DNA of 64,000 nucleotides from Parachlamydiales bacterium (GTDB lineage Bacteria; Chlamydiota; Chlamydiia; Chlamydiales; JAFEGQ01): NCBI GenBank assembly GCA_050250135.1, contig JBFWPF010000006.1, positions 8,971 to 72,970 of the forward strand, read 5' to 3'. Shown piece by piece: positions 63,969 to 64,000 of this stretch (position 1 is its first letter; each line of letters starts with the position of its first letter). The notes under the pieces were generated by a model. It saw only the letters and a program-made list of their open reading frames with translations, ran no database searches and was not told where the DNA came from. The position numbers and the translations under genes were made by a program.

Positions 63969-64000
63969 TACTCCCTAGGTATTACCGTTGAGTGTTAACC

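Overview
This is a GC-rich chromosomal segment (roughly high-50s % GC by eye, not computed). Its gene content and local gene order point to a member of the Chlamydiota. The supporting blocks are pbp2 / rpsB-tsf-pyrH-frr / UVR-motif protein / mcsB, then mreC-aspC, then thrS followed by a pGP6-D-like gene, plus Inc-like membrane proteins and a candidate type III secretion chaperone.

I can support about 60 CDS and 6 tRNA genes (Gly-UCC, Glu-UUC, Lys-UUU, Thr-CGU, Ala-GGC, Pro-GGG). I saw no rRNA, CRISPR array, transposase, integrase or prophage genes.

- **Housekeeping backbone:** sufBCD, pbp2, the ribosomal/translation factor block, mcsAB-like pair, mreC, aspC, dinG, rpoD, proS, rpsT, recCBD, thrS, ung, recA, ispA, dus and acyP.
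- **Accessory stretches:** four visibly more AT-rich stretches at about 11.8-12.8 kb, 21.1-23.2 kb, 47.9-50.4 kb and 61.2-64 kb carry orphan or effector-like genes.

The signals I consider most worth a second look are:
1. A family of 159-bp long-hairpin, MITE-like elements. There are three full copies plus solo arms, often abutting tRNA genes or stop codons, with paired substitutions in the stem.
2. A second repeat of about 136-153 bp that is joined to a solo arm of the first family and sits next to tRNA genes.
3. A candidate effector / class-I chaperone / effector operon.
4. Two paralogous Inc-like proteins that share an N-terminal bilobed hydrophobic module. One has 25 consecutive octads with hydrophobic residues every 4th position. 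The other has near-identical 72/51-bp tandem coding repeats.

Everything rests on reading the sequence and recalled family motifs. No database search or folding was run. Many long ORFs in the supplied track are antisense artefacts of the high GC content and are not reported as genes.
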